Both the position numbers and the translations under genes were made by a program. A model generated the notes under the pieces. It was not told the origin of the DNA, did not search any database, and was given only the letters and a program-made list of their open reading frames with translations. 64,000 nt of DNA from Octopus bimaculoides (taxonomy: Eukaryota), in contig NC_068992.1 of NCBI RefSeq assembly GCF_001194135.2, forward strand, positions 2,873,312 through 2,937,311, in the 5' to 3' direction. Shown one piece after another: positions 50,344-61,827 of this stretch (position 1 is the stretch's first letter; the number at the start of each line of letters is the position of its first letter).

Positions 50344-51483
50344 TAAATTCCATGCAGATGATTACTCTGTAATATAACCTGAGTTTCTCAGTGGGAACAA
50401 GATCCTAAATTGTTGTTGTTCCTTTATACAATGTAAACAACTGTAATTATTGTTAAAATCTATGAAAATTTAAGTTAACAGTCTTTTTCAAACTGAATTT
50501 ATTCTCAAAATTCGCTTCAAGAAAGCAATTTCAACAGCTCTAGTTTATGGTATGAACCATTGAAGATTGAACAAGCTTTGATAAAAATGGAATATCTTTA
50601 TCTAAATGTTACATTTAATAGCAGAAGAGAGGAAAATTATTCATTCATCAATCAAATTCTATCAAAACAAATATTCAGAAGTTAAAAATAACTGAAGATT
50701 CATCAGTAAGTCATATTTATTGTAATTTTCTGTTATTATTTAGGCCCTGCTAAGAAGAAAGTAAATGTAGGTTTTTAATTTTGTTTTGTAATATCAGGAA
50801 TTACGATACCTTTGAATCTATTTTATTATCAAACCAAGCAATACGATTAGGTTTTGCAGATTTCAAAATCAATAGAATGCTAGTCTGTTGATGATTGAAA
50901 AATGAATTGTTTAGATTACATGAATGATATTGATCTGTATAAATGGTAAATAGATTTAAACAGCCAATAATTCAGTTAAACTTGCTATAAATTCTTGGAA
51001 TGTAGCATAATCAGGGACCAATTTATGCAGTAGATGAGCATCTCCTGTTGGTCACTGATATTAGTTACTGTTCTTGTTTCTGAGAAATATGTTTTTCAAC
51101 TGCTTAATGCCATAGAAGCTTGAATACTCTCTGGGATATGTCATCTATGGAGAGGCAGGTAACACACAGAAGAATCTGTGTAGAAATATAATTTCCAAAA
51201 TAATGCTCAACTATTAGTCCCCTGAACTTTTGTGATTTGTTCTTTTTCCTCAATTTTGAATTAAATAAATAAATAAATAAATGAAAGTCATTCCGTTTTA
51301 TGTTGGTTAAAAGCAAGTGAACCCATTCAAATGATGGCTCAGTATAATATTGATGGAATATTGAGATGATGCTGCTCCATTAATAAAACTGATTTGAAAG
51401 CAGTTCATAAGAATTATTGCAAACAGCAAACCAATATCTTTAAAACAATCTAGATGGGAAGTATGAAGGTGTATAAATTACTT

Positions 51484-51517
<34 letters not shown>

Positions 51518-51621
51518 AATGGATCTGATTTCTATCAGTTTCAACATTGAATATACCAGTCAGTTTGATGAACTGAACTGTCAAGCATAGTTAAGTGGGT
51601 GAGTATTCCATATCCCATAAA

Positions 51622-51905
51622 CATCATCATCATCATTTAAAGTCCGCCTTCCATGCTGGCATGGGTTGGACAGTTTCACTGAGGACTGGTGAGCAAGAGG
51701 CTGCACCAGGCTCAATCTGATCTTGCAAACTTTCTACAGCTGGATACCCTTCTTAATGCCAACCAGTCTGAGAGTGTAGTGGGTACTTCTACGTGCCACC
51801 AACACGAGGACCAGTCAGGCAGTTCTGGCAATGAATACACTCAAAAGGTGTTTTTTACATGCTACCTGCACAGGAGCAAATCCGGTGGCACCAGCAGCAA
51901 CCATG
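51622..51905 (-). mobile_element. RTE-tail repeat
   Basis: catcatcatttaaagtccgccttccatgctggcatgggttggac.... Confidence 0.85.
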
Positions 51906-52182
51906 CTCCCACCCTTAATAGAATGACACTCAAGTAGGATCAGTTTAACACAATGCTTAACTAGATTGGCCTTTTAATTATTAGAAATCATCAGTACAAT
52001 CTATCCAACAGGCTTCTTCATAGTTTCCATCTATTCATTTATACTGACAAGACTTGAATGAATCTGAGATAATAGCAAAACTCTTGCCCAAGATGCAGCA
52101 CATTGGTATGAAATCTGAGATTTCATGATTAGGAATCAGATTTCTGAATGTCTTGGGCCATGCTTGCATCCATTCTCCCCAA

Positions 52183-52184
<2 letters not shown>

Positions 52185-52278
<94 letters not shown>
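52185..52278. repeat. (CA)47 microsatellite
   Basis: Perfect repeat. Confidence 0.98.
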
Positions 52279-52280
<2 letters not shown>

Positions 52281-53265
52281 ACGTTATTCACACTTCATTG
52301 GGACTTTTTAAAGATTTAGAGAGAAAATAAATTGATATACAATCAGTGTAGTGATAGGGAGGAAATCTTATCTAATCAATTTGATATATGATTGATTTGA
52401 TTGAATTGATCATCAACCACTGATGTCAAAGATCGCTAACTGAAATGCATTGAAAGGCATTATGTCTCCAGTAAACACACTTTAATTATATTTCTTACTA
52501 CACTCTGGTTTTACAGTAGATACTGGTTCCATTTTATAATTAAAGCTTGATAAACTAAAAGATATCACTCACCAACACGTGTGGATTTCACCCCAGTGTG
52601 TGTGCAAATGTTTAAATATGAAGATTTGATCAACTTGAGATATACGATATGAAACATTGAGACGCGTAAACTAAGAAAACTAAATTAATTTTAAGAGCCT
52701 TGGCTCTTTGAATCCAGTGAGGATTGAGATTCTCGTAAGAATTAGCAAATCAGAGAAGAATCTCATCAAGTTTGTCTTTATAATGCTTCAACTATTCATT
52801 TTACATGGATTTAGAAGGCAAAAAATTCTTCCAATCTTTACCATTCACGCTCTCTTTCTTCCTTCATCTCCCTTTATCTCTTTTCTTAAATTAGCTATTT
52901 AAATGTTGAAGGTCCTGGCATCAGTGGTCAGCCTGGCATTGCACTGGACTGCACTACAGTGAATTGTTGGTGTATAGCAATACAAAAAAATGAAGAAAAA
53001 TCAATATCTCATTAGTGAGAACTATGTGAAATCCAACAGAAAATTGTGAAGAAAGTAAAAGTATAGAGAGGAAAAGGTGAGTGGGAGAAAGAGGAAGGGC
53101 TAATCTTGTTTGCTCTTTGCAATGAGCTTCAAGAAAGGTAATGAGTTTTTTTTATGCCCCACTGCAGAAATTGCCTATTATCAAAATAATTGTAGTCTTC
53201 ATATTTTAAATACAACAATTATGAAATAATGATTTTTTTGACCATGAATAAAAACTGCATTTGTC

Positions 53266-53332
<67 letters not shown>

Positions 53333-53359
53333 ACGCACACACGCACACATAGGTGTAGG

Positions 53360-53500
53360 TGTGGCTGTGTAATAAGAAGCTTGCTTCCAAACCACATGGT
53401 TCTGGGTTCAGTCTTGGGGCAAGTGCCTTCTACTATAGCTTCAGGTCAACCACAGCCTTGTGAATAGATTTAGTCAACATAAACTGAAAGAAGCTCATTG
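53360..53500 (+). mobile_element. SINE family D, 5' part
   Basis: gtggctgtgtaataagaagcttgcttcc...aactgaaagaagc. Confidence 0.8.
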
Positions 53501-53523
53501 TGTGTATATATCTAAATATATAG

Positions 53524-53574
<51 letters not shown>

Positions 53575-53575
<1 letters not shown>

Positions 53576-53950
53576 CATCATCATCATCATCATCGTTTAA
53601 CGTCCGCTTTCCATGCTAGCATGGGTTGGACGATTTGACTGAGGACTGGTGAAACCGGATGGCAACACCAGGCTCCAGTCTGATTTGGCAGAGTTTCTAC
53701 AGCTGGATGCCCTTCCTAACGCCAACCACTCAGAGAGTGTAGTGGGTGCTTTTACGTGTCACCCGCACGAAAATGGCCACGCTCGAAATGGTGTCTTTTA
53801 TGTGCCACCCGCACAAGCCAGTCCAGGGGCACTGGCAACGATCTCGCTCGAAAATCCTACGGGAGCCAGTCAGGCGGTACTGGCAACGGCCACGCTCAAA
53901 ATGGTGCATCTCATGTGCCACCCGCACAAGAACCAGTCCAGGGGCACTGG

Positions 53951-53953
<3 letters not shown>
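53575..53953 (-). mobile_element. Young RTE 3'UTR copy
   Basis: About two substitutions versus 8661-9045, by eye. Confidence 0.92.
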
Positions 53954-53981
<28 letters not shown>

Positions 53982-54528
53982 TGATAGATATTCATGTGTC
54001 TGTCCCTCCACCATTATTTACCAACTGATACTGGTGTATTCAGGTCCCCATAACTTAGCAATTCAGCAAAACAGACTGATAGACTAAGTACAATTTGTTC
54101 GACTAAAACCCTTTAAGGTGGTGCTCCAGCATGGCCACAGTCAGATTCCTGAATCAAGTAACAGAGTAAGAGAATATATTACAACAAGGATTTGCATAAT
54201 GTTTATTGCCTCTAGTAACCTGTGAAACTTTCAATTACCCCCACCACCACCGCCACCATTACTATAAGGAGCTGTAGATGATAGAATATGAAATCAAATG
54301 CCTGGCAGAATCAATCTATATATTCAGGGTTGAAAATCCAATTTCAATTGCTTGAGTCTCTTATCGATGATCAGTTACCAGAAAGGGCTAAGAAATACTG
54401 GGATTGAGTCAAATGTCTAAACTCTTTTCCTTCAAATTTCTGGCCACAGACCAATACACACAAGTAATTTAATTGCACATAGTCAACACCGCTGAGAGAT
54501 AGGACAATTTCCAATTAGTTTCCATATC

Positions 54529-54582
54529 TCCACCATCGGTTGTCAAGCAATGATGTGGGGAGAAACAGACACACAAACATAT

Positions 54583-54617
<35 letters not shown>

Positions 54618-54773
54618 CGACAGGCTTCTTTCAGTTTCTGTCTACCAAATCCACTCACAAGGCTTTTGTCGGCTTGAGGATATATTAGAAGACACTTGCC
54701 CAAGACGCCATGCAGTGGGAATAAACCCAGAACCATGTGGTTGGTAAGCAAGCTAATTACCACACAGCCACTC
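54529..54773 (-). mobile_element. SINE family D upstream of exon B
   Basis: Reverse complement of the family-D head and middle. Confidence 0.88.
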
Positions 54774-54842
54774 TTACGCATTAATTTCATGAGCAGGTTG
54801 TTCGGTTGATCGGATCAAATGGAACCCTCGTCATCATAACCG

Positions 54843-54901
<59 letters not shown>

Positions 54902-55293
54902 ATACACAGACAGACATATATGTATACACACACACCAAAGTTTCAATGTTCCATAGATATTTACTTCATATATATATTTATACTATATTCATATGTATGT
55001 ATTTTCTCATTATTATAACTAGTGTTAACTTTGTTAGTCAAAATACCATTTTGCTAATATATTCACTATATTTTTTTTGTTGCCTAGTTTTATTTTTTGT
55101 TTATTTTTTCTTCACATTATTTATTTTAACTTATGTTTTTGCAATTTGTTTTATTTAATGTGTTTTGTTTAATGTTTGCGCCTCATTTTTTTTTGTTTTT
55201 ATTTTTTGTAATTTTCTCTTAAAAACCCTTGCATCATAATATTAGTTGATTGTTAGACCAAGCTTTTTTTTTGTGCCCTGTCTTCCCCTTTAG

Positions 55294-55584
55294 ATGTGGT
55301 CGTTGTGAGGATTGCAGACCCCGTAAAACTTCAGTGTAACATTACCGCTAGCCACAAGAATCCGCAAGCTACTGCTATCCTTTGGTTCAAGCAAGATAAG
55401 CTCTTCACACCAAACTCTAAGGCGAAAATATTTATCAATCATTACTCTTTGCAACCACAAGGAATGCTTCTCAGTGTCTTTTCTATCATACACGCTAAAT
55501 ATGAAGATTCTGGGGTTTACAGTTGTAAAACTAGCAATTTTAATGAGATCCGCCGTTTCAAAGTGGAGGTTATAGGATCTAATG
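55294..55584 (+). CDS. Ig exon B of the same IgSF gene (291 nt, phase 1/1)
   Basis: Acceptor tcttcccctttAG, donor G|GTGAGT. Translation VVVVRIADPVKLQCNIT...ILWFKQD...LLSVFSIIHAKYEDSGVYSCKTSNFNEIRRFKVEVIGSN is a complete Ig core and splices in frame with exon A. Confidence 0.9.
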
Positions 55585-56226
55585 GTGAGTACGTGATGGT
55601 TTGGTTGTTGATTTCTTTGGTTTTTGAACCCAATCTTTCCCTCTTCCTCCTGTTATTGCTGCCGCTGCTACTGTTCTTGCTACTGCTCGTACTGTACTTC
55701 ACCAATTTCTGTACTTCTTCGGAACTGTGCATTTCCAGCTTTAGAGATTTCTATCTCTACCTTTCTGGATATTTTTCTGTTAAAATGGGAAAAACTTTTT
55801 TAATAAATATATATATATATTTATATATACATAAAAAAAAATTAAAAGGAAAAAAAAATACTTAACATGCATTGTATTTGCTTGACTACAAGAAAAAACT
55901 AACTGGCTGCTGTAGCAACTAACCGTTTTCAAGAATGGAATGCTTGGTTTTACAGGAAGTTTCTTAACAGTCTTATCTGGTTTCACTTGAGGAACATCAC
56001 TCCTTTCTTTCCTTCCAGCTCAAATATCTGCTTTTAAACTACCTTACGAAATCAAAGTGGTCAAAGACATTCATACATTCTATACGGAAAGTACACACAC
56101 ACACACACACATTATTGCATGTGTGTGTATGTGAATATGTAAATGTATGCATACCTATTTATCTATCTTTCTATCTATCTGTCTCTTTGTCACTGTCTGT
56201 CTCACATATACACACTCCCTCCCTCA

Positions 56227-56382
56227 GGAGTGGCTGTGTGGTAAGTATCTTGCTTACCAGCCACATTGTCCCAGGTTCAGTCCACTGCATGGCACCTTGG
56301 GCAAGTGTCTTCTATTATAGCTTTGGGCCGACCAAAGCCTTATGAGTGGATTTGTTAACTGGAAACTGAAAGAAGCCCATCG

Positions 56383-56447
<65 letters not shown>

Positions 56448-56605
56448 CTGTGTTTGTCCCCCCACCATCGCTTGACAACCAATGTTGGTGTGTTTATGTT
56501 CCCATAACTTAGCGACTCGGCAAAAGAGACTGATGAAATAAGTACTAAGCTTACAAAGAAATGTCCTGAAGTTGATTTCTTTGACTAAAAGGTGGTACTC
56601 CAGCA
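56227..56605 (+). mobile_element. SINE family D downstream of exon B, ends at a gap
   Basis: ggagtggctgtgtggtaag...aaggtggtactccagca. Confidence 0.9.
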
Positions 56606-57343
56606 NNNNNNNNNNNNNNNNNNNNNNNNNNNNNNNNNNNNNNNNNNNNNNNNNNNNNNNNNNNNNNNNNNNNNNNNNNNNNNNNNNNNNNNNNNNNNNN
56701 NNNNNNNNNNNNNNNNNNNNNNNNNNNNNNNNNNNNNNNNNNNNNNNNNNNNNNNNNNNNNNNNNNNNNNNNNNNNNNNNNNNNNNNNNNNNNNNNNNNN
56801 NNNNNNNNNNNNNNNNNNNNNNNNNNNNNNNNNNNNNNNNNNNNNNNNNNNNNNNNNNNNNNNNNNNNNNNNNNNNNNNNNNNNNNNNNNNNNNNNNNNN
56901 NNNNNNNNNNNNNNNNNNNNNNNNNNNNNNNNNNNNNNNNNNNNNNNNNNNNNNNNNNNNNNNNNNNNNNNNNNNNNNNNNNNNNNNNNNNNNNNNNNNN
57001 NNNNNNNNNNNNNNNNNNNNNNNNNNNNNNNNNNNNNNNNNNNNNNNNNNNNNNNNNNNNNNNNNNNNNNNNNNNNNNNNNNNNNNNNNNNNNNNNNNNN
57101 NNNNNNNNNNNNNNNNNNNNNNNNNNNNNNNNNNNNNNNNNNNNNNNNNNNNNNNNNNNNNNNNNNNNNNNNNNNNNNNNNNNNNNNNNNNNNNNNNNNN
57201 NNNNNNNNNNNNNNNNNNNNNNNNNNNNNNNNNNNNNNNNNNNNNNNNNNNNNNNNNNNNNNNNNNNNNNNNNNNNNNNNNNNNNNNNNNNNNNNNNNNN
57301 NNNATATGTATATGTATATATATATGTATATATATGTATATGT

Positions 57344-57405
<62 letters not shown>

Positions 57406-57446
57406 GTATATATATATGTATATGTATATATATATATATGTATATA

Positions 57447-57487
<41 letters not shown>

Positions 57488-57503
57488 ATATATGTATATG
57501 TAT

Positions 57504-57547
<44 letters not shown>

Positions 57548-57549
<2 letters not shown>

Positions 57550-57695
57550 CATTGTCATCATTTAACGTCCACCTTCCATGCTGGCATGGGTTGGACAGTT
57601 TGACAGGAGCTGGGCAGGTAGGAGCCTACACCAGACTTAAGATTGTTTTGACAGGGTTTTTATGGCTGGATGCCCTTCCAAACACCAACCACTTT
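57548..57695 (-). mobile_element. RTE-tail repeat fragment
   Basis: catcatttaacgtccaccttccatgctggcatgggttggac. Confidence 0.8.
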
Positions 57696-57835
57696 ATGTA
57701 TATATATATATATACATATACTTATATATATGCAAGAAGAAAATGGAGGAAAAATAACAGGAAGAAGTTGGTCATTTGCGCTAGTAAGTCATTAATTTAA
57801 TTAATTAATGAAGAAAAGTGGTATCTGTTTGTGTT

Positions 57836-58200
57836 CAAATTCCGCCTAGGTCAACTTTGCCTTTCATCGTTTTGGGTTGATAAGATAAGTACCCTTGAGC
57901 ACTGAGGTCGATGTAATCACCTTACCCCCACCCCTGACCCTTCTGGCCTTGTGCCAAAATTTCAGACCATTGTTAGTGTAACTTTATAATACAGCAAGCT
58001 GGTAGAATCTTTAGCATGTTGGGCAAAATGCTTAGCAGCATTTTGTCTGTTTTACGTTTTGAGTTCAAATTCCGCCAAAGTCAATTTTGCCTTTCGTCCT
58101 TTCAAGGCCGATAAAATAAGTACCAGTTGTACACTGGGGTCAATGGAATCAACTGATGCCTTCTCTTGAAATTGCTGGCCTCGTGCCAAAATTTGAAACC
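57836..58200 (+). mobile_element. Two tandem family-F SINEs
   Basis: Both end ccttgtgccaaaattt followed by accatt-ttagt-taa. Confidence 0.85.
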
Positions 58201-59321
58201 ATTATTAGTATAATTTCAATTGAATAAAAATGATTTAGTGTTCATCGCATTCGATATGTGAATATATATGTCTTCCATACTGAAGCCATATCTGAAAAAT
58301 GTTACAAAGTAAAATAATTTGACAGCCTTGTCATAATCAACCGTTTTGCAGTGACAGTTCATCTCTCTTTCTCTCCCTCTCTCTCCACTTTGAAAAACGT
58401 GTCTCGTGTGTAAAATACTCTTTCCCTTTGTTACATAAACCTCACAAAACTCCCCTCTTTCTTTTCCCTATTTTCCATATATTCTTGCTTTACTAATCTC
58501 CTCATTCTTTACCACTAATCATTATTCTTTCTAAAGTTAATCTTGTCAATTTACATTACATATACTGGTGGTGGTCAATTATTGCTTGAATAGTTTTGTT
58601 TTACTGTCTCATGTCTAATGTATCTAACAGCATTCCATTTCAATTGGTAAGTCATTCAACCGTCTTCAGGTGCTCTATTTCTAGAACTATATATGTACCT
58701 GTGATTGAGCATGAATCCAAATGCTTTTATTTTCTGCAGGCTTTCAACACATTTATTTGCTAAGAAACTGTCAAGTAATATGAATAAATGTCAAATTATA
58801 TGGTATTTAAATTTATTTACTAAAGTGACAACCACTTTAGGCTGAACTTGGTGAAAGGTTTACTAATTGGATTTTCAGGTAGTGATGAATGCACTTCTGC
58901 TTTTAGTTTTCATGAGGTAAAAACTTAATTAGTAAAATTTACTTCCAGTTCACTCCAATAGGGATAACATTGAGAATGGGTTATAAATTACATAAATTGA
59001 TTTTAATGCATACTGCTCCTCAGGGATGTAGTAGATAAGTATGTTGAAAGCCCGCAGGAAATATACATATATTTATATATACACTACTTATCTGTGACAC
59101 TGAGGTACCTCTATGGAACTATACATGGAAAATGGATTTATAGGTTCAATTCCAACCTGAGCACACAAACTTATCAATGGCAAGTTTTAAAATGAGGTCA
59201 AAAGCATGAAAATATGTTTTTGTTTTTCATTATTACAAATCACTTTATGATGATCCTGAATTTTTACTGATTGACATCTAAGCTAGAGAATGAAAGGAAA
59301 GTTCTTTGGATCTGTGGGTGT

Positions 59322-59352
<31 letters not shown>

Positions 59353-59894
59353 TGGCTTTTTTTCCTTTTCACTTGCCCAGCATGGCCGCAGTCTAATGAC
59401 TGAAACAAGTAAAAGATAAGAATAAACATGTTGTGGCTTCTTTGATTCTGCTTTGTCTTTGATCCTCTATCATTTTAACCCCAGTCTATATACTGAGTGT
59501 GTCTTCATATATCTCCCCCATTTCATATGATACGAATACATAATGAATATCACTTCCCTGCATTAGTTACTGTGTTATGTCTTTAATGTCTAACTCCTAC
59601 TTTTGTTCTCAATTGATTTCATTTTACTTAAAATACATCATAACATCTAGCATTTAGGGATCACTGGCAATGGTAGTTAAAGGGTTCCTACAGGTCAGTC
59701 AGTGATTCGCTGCAGTTAAAAGGGGCAACACTACCAACAGAACATGTATATAATTGAAAGAGCAATTGAAAGACAACAAATAACAAGGAAGGTATTTCTG
59801 TTACAAAGCACCAGTTTATTGGTTTTCTTGCTAATGTTTACATCTTTTGCTGATATACATCATTGAGAGACATACACCTATTTCTATACAAACA

Positions 59895-60302
59895 TATGGG
59901 TCCTGAGGAAGTACTGGAGGACAACCTCAGGACACTGATCCTTTCAGTGGAGATGACAATGGACCGAGGTATCTGGGGCCTTGTTGTATTCAAGAAGACC
60001 GGCCCTCCATGGCGGAAGTGTTAAGGCCACTCAATCTGATGAAGAGGATTGGCCTGCAGGAGTCCTGTGTTAGTGCCATGTAAAAAGCAATTGTACATGT
60101 AAAATCACTTGTGCCAGTGGCACATTAAAAGTACCCAACACCCCCTGTAAAGTGGTTGGCATTAGGAAGAGCATCCAGCTGTAGAAACTAAGTCAAATCA
60201 GACAGGAACTTGGTGCAGCTCTCCAGCTTGCCATCTCTGGTCAAGTCATCTAACCCATGCCAGCTTGGAAAATGGACGTTAAAGGATGATGATGATGATG
60301 AT
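59895..60302 (+). mobile_element. Older RTE 3' end with decayed ORF2 tip
   Basis: EEVLEDNLRTLILSVEMTMDRGIWGLVVFKKT aligns to AEVVRQDLRTLGLTEAMTTDRDLWKWAVREKT at 28751-28987. 3'UTR and (GAT)n follow. Confidence 0.8.
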
Positions 60303-60404
60303 GTGTATACATACATACATACATACATACATACACACATATGCATGCAATGGTCTTCTGCATTACTTTACAGGTTAGATCTACTACTTGTCTTTTATCC
60401 TATA

Positions 60405-60462
<58 letters not shown>

Positions 60463-60942
60463 TTTTGATTTGTTTCTTCTAGCTAACAGGCTATTCTATT
60501 TCCACACATTCTGTGACTGACTAACACCAAAATCCCTTCTGCTCACTTGTTTTAATTGAAATCAGTTGTCAGACTGATTTATAAATTCTTGTGTGGGAAG
60601 AATTCTCATTATCAATTTATTTATTTATTTGCATATTTATTTTAATTTATGTTTGATAAAAAGAATGAAAATTTCTATTCAATATTGTTGTACATTTTTC
60701 ACAAAACAGTTGTGATCTTTTCTCTCCAGATAGAGATGAATGGTTATTTAATCAGGTAAGAATATAAGTCAAACGAATAATTTGTGCTGTTAGTGTCTTC
60801 CAAGGCATTAGATATTTAGATTTACTTTAATTTGTGCACACACACACACACACGTCTTTGTATGCGTGAGAGCTCTTGTGTTTTACATATATATAATGTT
60901 GACAAACTATGTGTGACAACAAAAGAGATAAACGTCAATATG

Positions 60943-61215
60943 TATTGGGCAATATGTATTGCATATGACTATATTGTATTGTCTTATGTATACAATAAGA
61001 GTGTCACATACTGAATTTGAGTATGACAGTAAAACCTTGGGTGTGAGGTCATCACAGATGTATACAGCAACTCTACCATGGCTCCTTTCCCTTCTGTCTG
61101 TTCGCAGTATGGTATATTTTGGTACGCATACTTCTGCATCCTTTATATTATATATGAGGTGAGTTTCCACAAGTGCTATGAATAGGGCTTGATTGCATGC
61201 AGCAAGGTCTGTCAG
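60943..61215 (-). mobile_element. LINE APE-endonuclease fragment (CR1/L2-like)
   Basis: FIALVETHL...IKDAEVCVPKYTILRTDRRERSHGRVAVYI...SNSVCDTL...IVICNTYCP matches the ETWL / Y..R.DR..GGGVA.Y / IYRPP pattern. Confidence 0.8.
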
Positions 61216-61265
61216 GAAAAAAATTTTGCTTTTGTTATGATATTTATATATACATATTTATATAA

Positions 61266-61297
<32 letters not shown>

Positions 61298-61768
61298 CTA
61301 TATATATATATATATATATATATAAATATATATATTTATATTTATAAATATATATATATATATGTGGCCGTTGCNNNNNNNNNNNNNNNNNNNNNNNNNN
61401 NNNNNNNNNNNNNNNNNNNNNNNNNNNNNNNNNNNNNNNNNNNNNNNNNNNNNNNNNNNNNNNNNNNNNNNNNNNNNNNNNNNNNNNNNNNNNNNNNNNN
61501 NNNNNNNNNNNNNNNNNNNNNNNNNNNNNNNNNNNNNNNNNNNNNNNNNNNNNNNNNNNNNNNNNNNNNNNNNNNNNNNNNNNNNNNNNNNNNNNNNNNN
61601 NNNNNNNNNNNNNNNNNNNNNNNNNNNNNNNNNNNNNNNNNNNNNNNNNNNNNNNNNNNNNNNNNNNNNNNNNNNNNNNNNNNNNNNNNNNNNNNNNNNN
61701 NNNNNNNNNNNNNNNNNNNNNNNNNNNNNNNNNNNNNNNNNNNNNNNNNNNNNNNNNNNNNNNNNNNN

Positions 61769-61827
<59 letters not shown>

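Noticed and set aside
58731-58900. Candidate acceptors for a downstream terminal exon (ttttctgcAG, ttttcAG)
   Set aside because: The phase-1 frames close within about 15 codons and give no GPI or transmembrane signal.
47028-60045. Other isolated CTGATGA heptamers (for example near 47028, 49974, 56530, 60035)
   Set aside because: No paired stem II and GAAAC follow. This number is expected by chance.
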